From NCBI GenBank assembly GCA_050250855.1, contig JBFWNW010000001.1:32001-96000 (forward strand): DNA of 64,000 bases, read 5' to 3'. This DNA comes from Candidatus Babeliales bacterium. Lineage in GTDB: Bacteria; Babelota; Babeliae; Babelales; JACPOV01. Positions 21,276 to 30,443 of the stretch are shown here, in pieces. The notes beneath the pieces are model-generated. The model made no database searches. It was not told where the DNA came from and saw only the letters and a list, made by a program, of their open reading frames with translations. The number at the start of each line of letters is the position of its first letter. Position 1 is the first letter of the stretch. Both the position numbers and the translations under genes were made by a program.

Positions 21276-21524
21276 ATGGAAGGTATTTTTATCGTAAAAG
21301 CTGCATCGGCTATGGCAGCGGCACTTGTTATGGGTATTGGCAGCCTTATGCCTGCTTACGGACAGGGTATAGTTGCTGCAAAGGCTTGTGAAAATATGGG
21401 CAAATACCCAGAAAGCGCGCGTACTATTCGTGGTGCGATGTTTATGGCCATGGGTATTATTGAAACATCTGCTATTTATGCCTTTTTAATTTCCTTGTTT
21501 TTGATTTTTATTGGGCTTCGCTAA
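21276..21524 (+). CDS. atpE: F0 ATP synthase subunit c (Na+-type signature)
   Basis: Two TM helices; PAYGQG and IETSAIY; first gene of the atp cluster. Confidence 0.93.
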   Translation: MEGIFIVKAASAMAAALVMGIGSLMPAYGQGIVAAKACENMGKYPESARTIRGAMFMAMGIIETSAIYAFLISLFLIFIGLR

Positions 21525-21540
21525 ACTTAATAGAGATTAA

Positions 21541-21915
21541 ATGAATCTTAATGGCACTGTTTTTGTTCAAATAATTAATTTCTTTATTGCTTATATTATT
21601 ATTGATCGTATCCTTTTGCGTCGTGCCATTTTTTTTATACAGAAAGAAAACGCTGATCAAGCCAGTTTGATGAAAGATATTCAGCAAGAGCGGGATATCG
21701 TCGAGCAAAAGCAGCGTATAAAAGATAATGATTGGCTCCATTTCTGTAAAGAATTTGGCAAAAAGTCTCCAGGTCAACCAGTTTTTCCTTCTGCGCAAGA
21801 GTTTGTTCAACCACTTTCTCCCGTATCAAAACCTGATCAACAGCATATAGATTCTTCTATCAATAATCTTACGAATTTTATAGAAAAGAAGGTGAGTGAT
21901 GTTGAGTGTTCATAG
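21541..21915 (+). CDS. F0 subunit b'-like
   Basis: MNLNGTVFVQIINFFI N-terminus typical of b/b'; synteny. Confidence 0.75.
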   Translation: MNLNGTVFVQIINFFIAYIIIDRILLRRAIFFIQKENADQASLMKDIQQERDIVEQKQRIKDNDWLHFCKEFGKKSPGQPVFPSAQEFVQPLSPVSKPDQQHIDSSINNLTNFIEKKVSDVECS

Positions 21916-22390
21916 TATACGTTTTATTTTTAATGCTCTCAATACTGGTGCCTTTTTTGGTCTTATTTATTTTGTTTTTATCAAGAAAGTAAAACCTGGT
22001 ATAAAAACAAAGATTCAAGAAGAAGAAATTTTTTGGCAAAATCTTCATATAAATAAACAGGCATTACTTGATCAGCAGCATAAGCTTGATCTTGAAATTG
22101 ATATGCAAAAATTATATGGTACTGGTTTATTAAAAAAAATTGAACAATGGCACCATACGGTTGATGAACAGCAGGAACAGTTTAATGCTCAAGCGCAAGA
22201 ATGTGCACAAAAAATGTATCATCATTCTTTAAAGATACAAGAGCACAGAATGCAAGAAGAAATGATGCGTGTAGTTATTCCTCAAGCATGTGCCAAAACG
22301 CGTAAAGCGATGCATACAAAATTTGAAGATAGTAAAGCCGTTGAACATTATTTTGATAAAATATTTTCATGTATTAACAAGAGTTCTTGA
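21899..22390 (+). CDS. atpF: F0 subunit b-like (divergent)
   Basis: N-terminal TM then coiled coil; lies between b' and delta. Confidence 0.65.
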   Translation: MLSVHSIRFIFNALNTGAFFGLIYFVFIKKVKPGIKTKIQEEEIFWQNLHINKQALLDQQHKLDLEIDMQKLYGTGLLKKIEQWHHTVDEQQEQFNAQAQECAQKMYHHSLKIQEHRMQEEMMRVVIPQACAKTRKAMHTKFEDSKAVEHYFDKIFSCINKSS

Positions 22391-22929
22391 TGAATAGAGT
22401 AGAACAAAATCTTGCCGCTCGTTATGCACAGGCCTTTTTAAATACTGTTGGCAAAGATCTTGCATTGCAAGATTATCAAGCTGCGCTCCATTTATATGAA
22501 TATTTAAAAGAGCATGCAAACCTTATTCTTTATTTTAGATTGCCGCACATGTATGAGGTAAAAAAAGAAGCATTGCATACCTTATTACAATCTTTTTCAC
22601 TGCCAACGGTGTTTGAAAAGATTACTGATTTGCTCCTTGAGCATCAACGCACTTTTTTAATAAAAGATTTTTTAGGTGCATTTCTTGCGTTGTATCGCAA
22701 AAAACATGGAATAGTTTTTTTTACGCTTAAAAGTTCTCATGAACTATCTGCTGAGCACAAAGCAGAATTGCTGCGTTTTATTGAACGTAAAACGGGTAAA
22801 ACTGTTTTGTGTAAGACAGTAATAGATAAAAATTTGATAGCAGGTATTAGGCTTTTAAGTTCAACGTTGCTGTGGGAATATTCGGTCAATAAAACATTGC
22901 GGGATGCCCGATTGGCATTGCGTTCATAG
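22390..22929 (+). CDS. atpH: F1 subunit delta
   Basis: AARYAQAF, IDKNLIAGI, synteny. Confidence 0.88.
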   Translation: MNRVEQNLAARYAQAFLNTVGKDLALQDYQAALHLYEYLKEHANLILYFRLPHMYEVKKEALHTLLQSFSLPTVFEKITDLLLEHQRTFLIKDFLGAFLALYRKKHGIVFFTLKSSHELSAEHKAELLRFIERKTGKTVLCKTVIDKNLIAGIRLLSSTLLWEYSVNKTLRDARLALRS

Positions 22930-22946
22930 AAAGTGGATATGGGTTT

Positions 22947-24446
22947 ATGTTAAAAAATTCTGATTTAGTATCATTATTTGAAAGGTCACTTAGCAATAAA
23001 GTTTCTCATAACTTTGATGAGATTGGTATTGTTATCCAAGTTGGTGATAATATTTGCCGCGTTCATGGCCTTGAGAATGTTCTTTTTGGTGAACTTGTTG
23101 AATTTGAGCAGGGTAATAAAGGAATTGTGCTTAATTTAGCAGAAGATTATGTATCTATTTTTTTGCTTGATATGCATATTCCTGTTAATGAACTTGAAGT
23201 GGTCAAACGAACTGGCACCGTTTTTAAAGTTCCTGTGGGGATGGATCTTTTGGGTCGCGTTATTGATGCAACGGGCAAACCGCTTGATGCGTTAGGTGAC
23301 ATTAAATTTGATGAAATGCGTTCTGTTGAAGAACAAGCTCCTGGCATTATTGAACGTAGTCCTGTTAATGAACCGCTTGAAACAGGAATCATGGCTATCG
23401 ATGCATTAGTGCCAATTGGCCGCGGTCAACGTGAACTGATTATTGGTAATCGTAATACCGGTAAAAGTTCTGTCGTGCTTGATACCATTATTCATCAAAA
23501 AGGAAAAAATGTTGTATGTATTTACGTTTCCATCGGCCAGCGTGGTGCAAGCTTAGCGCGTATAATCAATACGTTGCAGCAGCATGGTGCCCTTGAATAT
23601 ACCGTTATTGTCAGTGCAGACGCTTCTCAGACGGTACTTAAACAATACTTAGCGCCCTATGTAGGCACCGTAATTGGTGAATATTTCCGTGATAAAGGCC
23701 GTGACGCCTTAATTGTTTATGATGATTTGACTAATCACGCTATTGCTTACCGTGAAATGTCATTGCTCATGCGCCGTGCGCCGGGGCGTGAAGCGTATCC
23801 TGGCGACGTGTTTTATCTACATTCCCGTCTTTTAGAGCGTTCTGGTAAATTAAAAAGTGGTTTTTCATTAACAGCGTTGCCGTTGGTACAAATCCAGGGC
23901 GATGATATTACTGCCTACATTCCAACCAATCTTATTTCCATTACGGATGGCCAAGTATTTCTTGATTCCCACTTATTTAATCAGGGGATTAGGCCAGCGG
24001 TAAACGTAGAGCTTTCCGTTTCACGTGTTGGTGGTGCTGCGCAGACCAAAGCAATTAAGAAGATGACCAAAGCGTTACGCTTGGAGCTTGCGCAATATCA
24101 TGAACTTCTTGATTTTGCACAGTTTGGTACTGAGCTAGATACCGTAGCGCAGAAGAAATTAGCCCGTGGAGCTTTGGCAGTAGAACTTTTAAAGCAGCGC
24201 CAATTTGAAGGGTATTCATTTGTTGACCAAGCTCTTATGCTCTTTTTGCTTAAAGAGAATTTCTTAGATCCTATAGGTAAAGAGCATGCGGCGCAGTTTG
24301 CCCATCAGTTTATTAGCTATGTTGCTTCAGTCTACCAAGAGCTCTATCAAACAATATTAGAAACCAAAGATATTTCCAATGTACAAGAAGATGAGCTGAG
24401 AAAGGTTGCAAAAGAGTTTAGCAAAATCTTTGTAGCAAAGGTGTAA
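22947..24446 (+). CDS. atpA: F1 subunit alpha
   Basis: PIGRGQRELIIG, GREAYPGDVFYLHSRLLER, PTNLISITDGQ. Confidence 0.97.
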   Translation: MLKNSDLVSLFERSLSNKVSHNFDEIGIVIQVGDNICRVHGLENVLFGELVEFEQGNKGIVLNLAEDYVSIFLLDMHIPVNELEVVKRTGTVFKVPVGMDLLGRVIDATGKPLDALGDIKFDEMRSVEEQAPGIIERSPVNEPLETGIMAIDALVPIGRGQRELIIGNRNTGKSSVVLDTIIHQKGKNVVCIYVSIGQRGASLARIINTLQQHGALEYTVIVSADASQTVLKQYLAPYVGTVIGEYFRDKGRDALIVYDDLTNHAIAYREMSLLMRRAPGREAYPGDVFYLHSRLLERSGKLKSGFSLTALPLVQIQGDDITAYIPTNLISITDGQVFLDSHLFNQGIRPAVNVELSVSRVGGAAQTKAIKKMTKALRLELAQYHELLDFAQFGTELDTVAQKKLARGALAVELLKQRQFEGYSFVDQALMLFLLKENFLDPIGKEHAAQFAHQFISYVASVYQELYQTILETKDISNVQEDELRKVAKEFSKIFVAKV

Positions 24447-24461
24447 AAAATACCTGATACT

Positions 24462-24490
24462 TTGCACTAAATTCTGATTTGCTCTATACT
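24462..24490 (+). promoter_or_regulatory. Sigma70-type promoter of the tRNA
   Basis: TTGCAC-17nt-TATACT, 30 nt before the tRNA. Confidence 0.6.
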
Positions 24491-24519
24491 ATAAAAACTT
24501 ATCAAAAAATAACATTCTG

Positions 24520-24596
24520 GTGCCCGTAGCTCAGCTGGATAGAGCGACAGACTTCTAATCTGTAGGTCGCAGGTTCGAATCCTGCCGGGCACACCA
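24520..24596 (+). tRNA. tRNA-Arg (anticodon UCU)
   Basis: Full cloverleaf: GTGCCCG/CGGGCAC acceptor, ACAGA-CTTCTAA-TCTGT anticodon arm, TTCGAAT T loop, encoded CCA. Confidence 0.97.
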
Positions 24597-24690
24597 GGCT
24601 TCGCCCATAAAGGGCTACGCCTGGCGAGCCATAAGCTGAGGAAGCGCTATAAGTAAAAATAGAACAAATGAGAAGCCTGTCCGGCATAGT
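24594..24690. repeat. CGNAG/CGNAG-type palindrome overlapping the tRNA CCA end, plus a truncated inverted partner
   Basis: ccaggc-ttcg-ccc-ataaa-ggg-ctac-gcctgg; gcctgtccggcatag at 24675. Confidence 0.7.
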
Positions 24691-24712
24691 TTGTCATATG
24701 AATAGATTAAAA

Positions 24713-25552
24713 ATGAAATTTTATAAATTTTGCCTTATTTTCTTAATGAGCAGTTGCTCTTATAGTGCTCAAATTAAGGAAATAGTTTCTTTACATGAAG
24801 CGCGAACTGTTTTAGAAAATTTAGATGAAAATGCCTTAGTTGTTTTTGATGTTGATGAGACATTGATAATTGCTGAAGATAAAATTAGGCGTAAAAATCC
24901 AGAACATGTTATCTCACATTTTAATGCATTGCATTTTGATATGCTTATAAAAGATGCTGATTATAAAGAGCATTTTGATAGCCTTATTTTGAACAGTGCA
25001 AGGCAAGCTTTAATTGAGGCTGAGAGTGTTTCTATAATTAATATGTTACAAGCAAAGAAAATTAAAACTATTGCATTGACGCATATGCATGCCGGAGCTT
25101 ATGGATTGATACCTTCAATGGAAGAATGGCGCTTTAAGCAGCTTTATAATCTCGGTATAAATTTTTGGCTGAATAATGACCAAGCGATTACTTTTTATGA
25201 TTTGCCAGCAATAAGGAACGCGTACCCTTTATTCTACAAAGGAATATTAGTAACGGCACGTGGATGTTCAAAAGGTGAGTTATTGTCAGCATTTCTGAAC
25301 TATTTAGATTGGAAGCCTTCGATGGTAGTATTTTTTGATGATAATTATTGTCATATAGAGTCTATTGATAAAGAAATGGCGCATGCTCATATACCATGTA
25401 TTTTATTTCATTATAGAGCAACAGAAATCATTAATGAGCCTATAGATTTTGACCCTGCAGCATTCCAATATCATTATTTATTTATGCATGAAAAATGGCT
25501 TAGCGATGTAGATGCTAAATTGTTGATGGATGATGAAAAGAATTATACTTAA
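24713..25552 (+). CDS. Secreted HAD-superfamily (DUF2608-like) protein
   Basis: VFDVDETL, ALT, KG, FFDD motifs; signal peptide. Confidence 0.8.
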   Translation: MKFYKFCLIFLMSSCSYSAQIKEIVSLHEARTVLENLDENALVVFDVDETLIIAEDKIRRKNPEHVISHFNALHFDMLIKDADYKEHFDSLILNSARQALIEAESVSIINMLQAKKIKTIALTHMHAGAYGLIPSMEEWRFKQLYNLGINFWLNNDQAITFYDLPAIRNAYPLFYKGILVTARGCSKGELLSAFLNYLDWKPSMVVFFDDNYCHIESIDKEMAHAHIPCILFHYRATEIINEPIDFDPAAFQYHYLFMHEKWLSDVDAKLLMDDEKNYT

Positions 25553-25574
25553 ATATTAAAAAGCAAGGACTTAT

Positions 25575-26015
25575 ATGTCATTAAAATTAAATAAAATAAT
25601 TTTTTGTTTACCTTTTATTATGGGTGCAAATTTTATTTTTGCTGGTTTTTCTATAGATAATTTGACAGAAGAGCACAAACAAAAAATAGTGCATGAATTA
25701 GAATCAATGGAGGTGTCATTAGTACATACAGAATATATAGGCTACTCTTGGGGTGGGGATCCTATAGGTAAACTAGCATCAAGCGAGGAAATAATAACAG
25801 AAATATTAAAAAAATATCCAATGAATGAACAAGAACAGTCAGAATGGCTTGTTGATATTGCTAGCAAACCGATTAGATCAACTTATTATGGACCAATTTA
25901 TGCTCTAGATTGTCCGGAATATAAAGAAGGTGCTCTATCTTCTAAAGAAAAAGTAAAACTGTGGAGTAAATGGAGAGAAAAGCTCAATGAAGCGTTATTG
26001 CCAAAAAAAGAATAA
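25575..26015 (+). CDS. Secreted hypothetical protein
   Basis: AAGGA RBS, signal peptide. Confidence 0.7.
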   Translation: MSLKLNKIIFCLPFIMGANFIFAGFSIDNLTEEHKQKIVHELESMEVSLVHTEYIGYSWGGDPIGKLASSEEIITEILKKYPMNEQEQSEWLVDIASKPIRSTYYGPIYALDCPEYKEGALSSKEKVKLWSKWREKLNEALLPKKE

Positions 26016-26154
26016 TTTAAAAGAAATTCTAACAATAATAAAAATAAAACTAAGCACGTAAAAGCTTGACTGGCGCAGTAATACTTTATTAACCTTCTCT
26101 TAGAACCTTTAAAGAATCGTAATAACAATTTTTAAAAATTTATGTGAGGTTTAA

Positions 26155-27387
26155 ATGTCAAAGAACTTTAATTCATCTAAAAAAAATAATAGTAAAAAAA
26201 ATTCAAAAAATCCTTATCAATTTTCAAAAAAAAAAGGTTCTTCATCCTCTAGTAAATCAAGATTTGGTAAACCAAAGCAGAAGCATATTCCTACCTTTGA
26301 TCCATCACTTTTTATTAAAAAAGTTGAAGAACAAAAAGCGGCACAAGCCTATATCCCCAAAAATACGTTTTCTGATTTTGCCATTGAGGATCAGTTAAAA
26401 ACGAATATTGCAAAAAAGGGCTATGTTCTACCAACGCCCATACAAGATCAGGCAATTCCTTCTTTGTTAGAGGGGCGTGACGTTATAGCTTCAGCAAATA
26501 CTGGTACGGGAAAAACGGCCGCGTTTTTGATTCCTCTAATACAAAATGTTTTAGCTAAAAAAAGTACCCGTGTATTGATTATTGCACCAACAAGAGAACT
26601 TGCTACTCAGATTCAGAGCGAATTTAAAAGCTTTGCTCCTCATACCGGTTTGACGTCGGCACTCTGCATAGGTGGTGCAAATATTAATGCGCAAATAAAA
26701 AGTTTGGACCACGATCCAGCATTTGTTATAGGAACGCCGGGTAGATTAATAGATTTAGAAAGAACTAACAAGCTAGATTTTAGCAACTATACTTCCATTG
26801 TTTTAGATGAAGTTGATAGAATGCTTGATATGGGATTCATTAAAGATATTACCTACATCATTGATAGATTACCAAAAAAGCGCCATTCATTATTTTTCTC
26901 CGCTACGGTGCCTGCAAGTTTAAAAAAGATTATGAATAGCTTTTTGCAAAATCCTGTTTCAATAACCGTTAAAACAAGGCAATCAGCTGAAAACGTTAAT
27001 CAAGAGATTATAAAGGTTGGCGATAAAAATAAAATAGAAATAGTGCATGATTTGCTTATTAAGCCAGAATTTAAAAAAGTTATTATCTTTTTACGCACAA
27101 AGCGCGCCGTTGATAAATTAGCAAAAGAGCTCACTAAGCGTGGCTTTTCGGTAGCATTAATTCATGGCGATAGATCACAATCGCAAAGAAACAAAGCGCT
27201 ATCATTATTCAAAAAAGGCAATGTTAATATTCTTTTGGCTACTGATGTTGTTGCACGAGGAATTGATATTGATGACATTTCGCATGTCATTAATTTTGAT
27301 TTGCCACAAACGCATGAAGATTATATTCACCGCATTGGCAGAACAGGACGCGCTGATAAAGTTGGCCAAGCAATAACGCTGGTATAA
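26155..27387 (+). CDS. DEAD/DEAH-box RNA helicase
   Basis: PTPIQ, TGTGKT, PTRELA, TPGRL, DEVD, SAT, HRIGRTGR. Confidence 0.95.
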   Translation: MSKNFNSSKKNNSKKNSKNPYQFSKKKGSSSSSKSRFGKPKQKHIPTFDPSLFIKKVEEQKAAQAYIPKNTFSDFAIEDQLKTNIAKKGYVLPTPIQDQAIPSLLEGRDVIASANTGTGKTAAFLIPLIQNVLAKKSTRVLIIAPTRELATQIQSEFKSFAPHTGLTSALCIGGANINAQIKSLDHDPAFVIGTPGRLIDLERTNKLDFSNYTSIVLDEVDRMLDMGFIKDITYIIDRLPKKRHSLFFSATVPASLKKIMNSFLQNPVSITVKTRQSAENVNQEIIKVGDKNKIEIVHDLLIKPEFKKVIIFLRTKRAVDKLAKELTKRGFSVALIHGDRSQSQRNKALSLFKKGNVNILLATDVVARGIDIDDISHVINFDLPQTHEDYIHRIGRTGRADKVGQAITLV

Positions 27388-27542
27388 GAACTTATCATTA
27401 AATTGTTAAAAACCGTTTAAATGCTTCGACAGGCTCAGCACGAACGGTTGTAATATAACTATTTTTTATTCCGTTCGCCCTGAGCTCGTCGAAGGGTACG
27501 AACACAAAAATATATTTTTGTGAATTTATCAATAAACACTAA
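27385..27542. mobile_element. About 158-bp MITE-like unit: imperfect TIRs enclosing a REP doublet
   Basis: REP(-) 27413-27447, 23-nt spacer, REP(+) 27471-27503; ends AAGAACTTATCATTAAATT and rc TAGTGTTTATTGATAAATT. Confidence 0.8.
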
Positions 27543-27575
27543 ATAGTGCTATGCAGCAGCCTTTTAAGGATAATA

Positions 27576-28319
27576 ATGTTGACAATAAAAAGTTATAAAC
27601 GAAATGCTGAAAAACTACTTTGGACTTTAGCTCCTTTAGCATTTGGCAGTTTTGTTTGGGCTATGGGCTGGGGTTTTGGTTCTTATCTAGTGCCCTATTA
27701 TCCTTTAAACTATCTGCTGAGAGTTGTAGTTGCATCAGCGATAACTATTTTTTTCTTTAGAAAAACCTTTGATTATGCCACGCAGCATTACGAATTACAG
27801 TTTTTTGGTTATACTGTTAAGCTGCCTTCCTGGTGGATTTTTATTGCTTTAGCCTTACTCGTAAGCTGCTTTAACTTTACCCCATTAGCGCGATTTGAAA
27901 CTATGCAATCACTTATTGGTGGTGTTTTTGTTTCTGCGATTATCGAAGAATTTATAGCAAGGTCATATTTTGTAAAATATAAAATGAGCGCACCAACGTT
28001 TATTGTGCTTAATATACTTTCTTCATTAGCATTTACCTTTATGCATATTTTTTACACAAAAGATATGCATATGGATGTAGTGAACTTACTTTCCAATCAT
28101 TTTGAATTTAGTTTTATGCTTGGCATTATTGTTTATAAAACACAAAGAATAGAGCTTTCAATCATACTGCATATGTTATCGAACTTATTGCGCTATACTA
28201 TTCCAGTATGTATTTTGCATTGTGTATATCCTTCATTTATGATGGTGCTCTTATCATTAATGGTCGGCACGGTAATACTGCTAGCATTAGCTGGTTGTTC
28301 TTATAAAAGAAAAGCATAA
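27576..28319 (+). CDS. CPBP (Abi/CAAX) family intramembrane metalloprotease
   Basis: EEFIAR, FTFMH, LHMLSN in a multi-TM protein. Confidence 0.85.
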   Translation: MLTIKSYKRNAEKLLWTLAPLAFGSFVWAMGWGFGSYLVPYYPLNYLLRVVVASAITIFFFRKTFDYATQHYELQFFGYTVKLPSWWIFIALALLVSCFNFTPLARFETMQSLIGGVFVSAIIEEFIARSYFVKYKMSAPTFIVLNILSSLAFTFMHIFYTKDMHMDVVNLLSNHFEFSFMLGIIVYKTQRIELSIILHMLSNLLRYTIPVCILHCVYPSFMMVLLSLMVGTVILLALAGCSYKRKA

Positions 28320-28326
28320 AATAATT

Positions 28327-29244
28327 TTATATAGGAAGGTGAACATAGTTGTTGTTATACGAGGAGTTATCGGACAGTTCTGCACAACACTTAAATACTC
28401 CATCGCAGGGCCAATGTAGCCAACCACAAGCTGTTTTCCCCTCAGCAAAGTTCTTTCTGTCTTGGTCTTTACGATTACAAAAATCATGGCCTATTCCATA
28501 ACTACACGCGCAAAGAGGGCATAAGGCCAGTTGTGCAAGAGTGCGTGTGCTGCACATTAGAAGCCATAACCCAGCACCCAGGTAAGTTTTTTTTGCTTCC
28601 TGGTATTTTTTGTAATCTTGTACCTGTGCAGTTTGATCGAGTGTAATGCCATATTTAGCTTGAACTCTATTTTTATAAGTTTTTTGGCAGACATTCTCCC
28701 ATTGTTTTCCCCAAGGAGAATTCAATGGCAGGGCACAGGCAAAGTAGTCTTGGCAGTTGTCACTACAACGAGGTTCAATAGTAAGAGCATTATAAACATT
28801 TGTCTCTGTTTCTTTATCTTTTTTTTCTAATGCCGTTTTTAAAATGTGCTGTACGTTTTTTGGTTCCATTATATGCATATTATTTTTTGTTAACTTTTCA
28901 AGTTCGCTTTCTCTCGCATACTTTTGTCCTTCATTTGTTTGATAAATATAGGGATGAGCACATAATTGTGCAAAAACTTCATTATGCTTTTTACTGGTAC
29001 GCAATAAGCTATTTATAGTTTTTAAACCATTTTTTGTATCTGCTGCGATATATTTTAATATATGCAGTTGTGTTGTAGAAGGTAAATCTGTCAGGAAAGC
29101 AGGTAATAATTTTTGATTTTGTGGAGTGTTTTCTTTTTGCTTGCTTTGACCCAATAAACGAGTAGTTTCATTTATTTGAGATGATTTTATTTCTGACATT
29201 ACGGTTATAGTGAGCATGAGTGTTGCTAAAAATAGTTTTTTCAT
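28327..29244 (-). CDS. Secreted protein with F-box-like motif and Cys-rich C-terminus
   Basis: Signal peptide; LTDLPSTTQLHILKYI...LLRTSK. Confidence 0.6.
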   Translation of the reverse strand: MKKLFLATLMLTITVMSEIKSSQINETTRLLGQSKQKENTPQNQKLLPAFLTDLPSTTQLHILKYIAADTKNGLKTINSLLRTSKKHNEVFAQLCAHPYIYQTNEGQKYARESELEKLTKNNMHIMEPKNVQHILKTALEKKDKETETNVYNALTIEPRCSDNCQDYFACALPLNSPWGKQWENVCQKTYKNRVQAKYGITLDQTAQVQDYKKYQEAKKTYLGAGLWLLMCSTRTLAQLALCPLCACSYGIGHDFCNRKDQDRKNFAEGKTACGWLHWPCDGVFKCCAELSDNSSYNNNYVHLPI

Positions 29245-29267
29245 GATTTTTCCTTATGATTTAATGC

Positions 29268-29600
29268 CTATTTTGTGATTAGTATTTTTTTTCTGACGTT
29301 GAAGATATTACCATACTGAGACACCATTTGTGTAACATTTTCATTATCCTGTAGGGTAATTATATTTATTGGCGTATAATGAGCCATTAACCAACTAAAC
29401 TCGTATCCAGCAGTTGTGTAAAGCTCAAGGTTATTAATTCCTGAATACCCTTCCAAAATTTTTTTTAGATCACCAATAGTCATCTTTTCATCATAGGCAA
29501 TCATTTGATGGTTTTGAGAATCCCTTATCTGTACTTCTTTTTTTTCCATAGAAAGGGAAATTCCGGGTAGAAGTAGTGCAAAAATAACTATCTTTTTCAT
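29268..29600 (-). CDS. Secreted ubiquitin-like domain protein
   Basis: VQIR...I...MTIGDLKKILEGYSGI..L...AG...LQD. Confidence 0.55.
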   Translation of the reverse strand: MKKIVIFALLLPGISLSMEKKEVQIRDSQNHQMIAYDEKMTIGDLKKILEGYSGINNLELYTTAGYEFSWLMAHYTPINIITLQDNENVTQMVSQYGNIFNVRKKILITK

Positions 29601-29699
29601 AGCTTCTCCATAGATTAAGGCAATTCTTATTTGTTAAAGATGCCTGTTTTTACAATAACCTTAACGTATTAATTTCAATTATGCTGAAAAATAAATAAA

Positions 29700-29736
29700 A
29701 GTCAACATTGACTGACCGTCGGTCATATGATATAGT
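29700..29736 (+). promoter_or_regulatory. Promoter with TetR operator
   Basis: TTGACT-17nt-TATAGT; palindrome TGACCG-T-CGGTCA (29713-29725) in the spacer. Confidence 0.8.
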
Positions 29737-29769
29737 AGGTATAAATACCCTATAATGGAGAACCAAATT

Positions 29770-30402
29770 ATGGCAAGAACAGTAAAAAAGCCCCAGGAGC
29801 GTAAAGCTGATATTGTTAATGCGGCGCGTTACCTGTTTCAGACTAAAGAGTATGATAAAACAACTATGCAAGATGTAGTCAACTATCTAGGGATAGCTAA
29901 GGGGACGGTTTATCACTATTTTGCATCCAAAGAAGACCTTCTTGAAGCTGTTGTGCACGATATTGTGGATAAATCTATTGAGCATATGACCAGGCTTCTT
30001 GCTCGCTCAAAAAGAAGTGTTTTGGGAAAAATGAAGCTTTTGATGCAAGCGGGCAATGTAGCTGCAGAGAATGAAGGAATTTTGCATGAGCTGCATAGGC
30101 CCGGCAACGAGACTATGCATACGCGCCTTCTTGCTGCGGCTCTGGTAAAGCAGGCTCCGCTATATGCAGAGCTTATCAAGCAGGGATGTGATGAAGGGAT
30201 TTTTCAGACAGATACGCCGTTAGAGTGTGCAGAATTCATACTTTCTGGTGTTCAATTTCTTACTGACGTTGGCATTTATCCTTGGACGCAAGAAGATTTG
30301 CAACGTAGAGTACGTGCTTTTCCAGCGTTGATTGAGCAGCAATTGAAGGCATCACCAGGTTCTTTTCAATTTATGGTAAAACTTTTGAGGATAAGGAATT
30401 AA
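29770..30402 (+). CDS. TetR/AcrR family regulator
   Basis: LGIAKGTVYHYFASKEDLL HTH; GGAG RBS. Confidence 0.93.
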   Translation: MARTVKKPQERKADIVNAARYLFQTKEYDKTTMQDVVNYLGIAKGTVYHYFASKEDLLEAVVHDIVDKSIEHMTRLLARSKRSVLGKMKLLMQAGNVAAENEGILHELHRPGNETMHTRLLAAALVKQAPLYAELIKQGCDEGIFQTDTPLECAEFILSGVQFLTDVGIYPWTQEDLQRRVRAFPALIEQQLKASPGSFQFMVKLLRIRN

Positions 30403-30443
30403 GCATGATTTTTTTTGAAAAATTTTTAATGAGAGGTTAACGA

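Noticed and set aside
24502..24687. 61-aa minus-strand ORF
   Set aside because: Antisense to tRNA-Arg.
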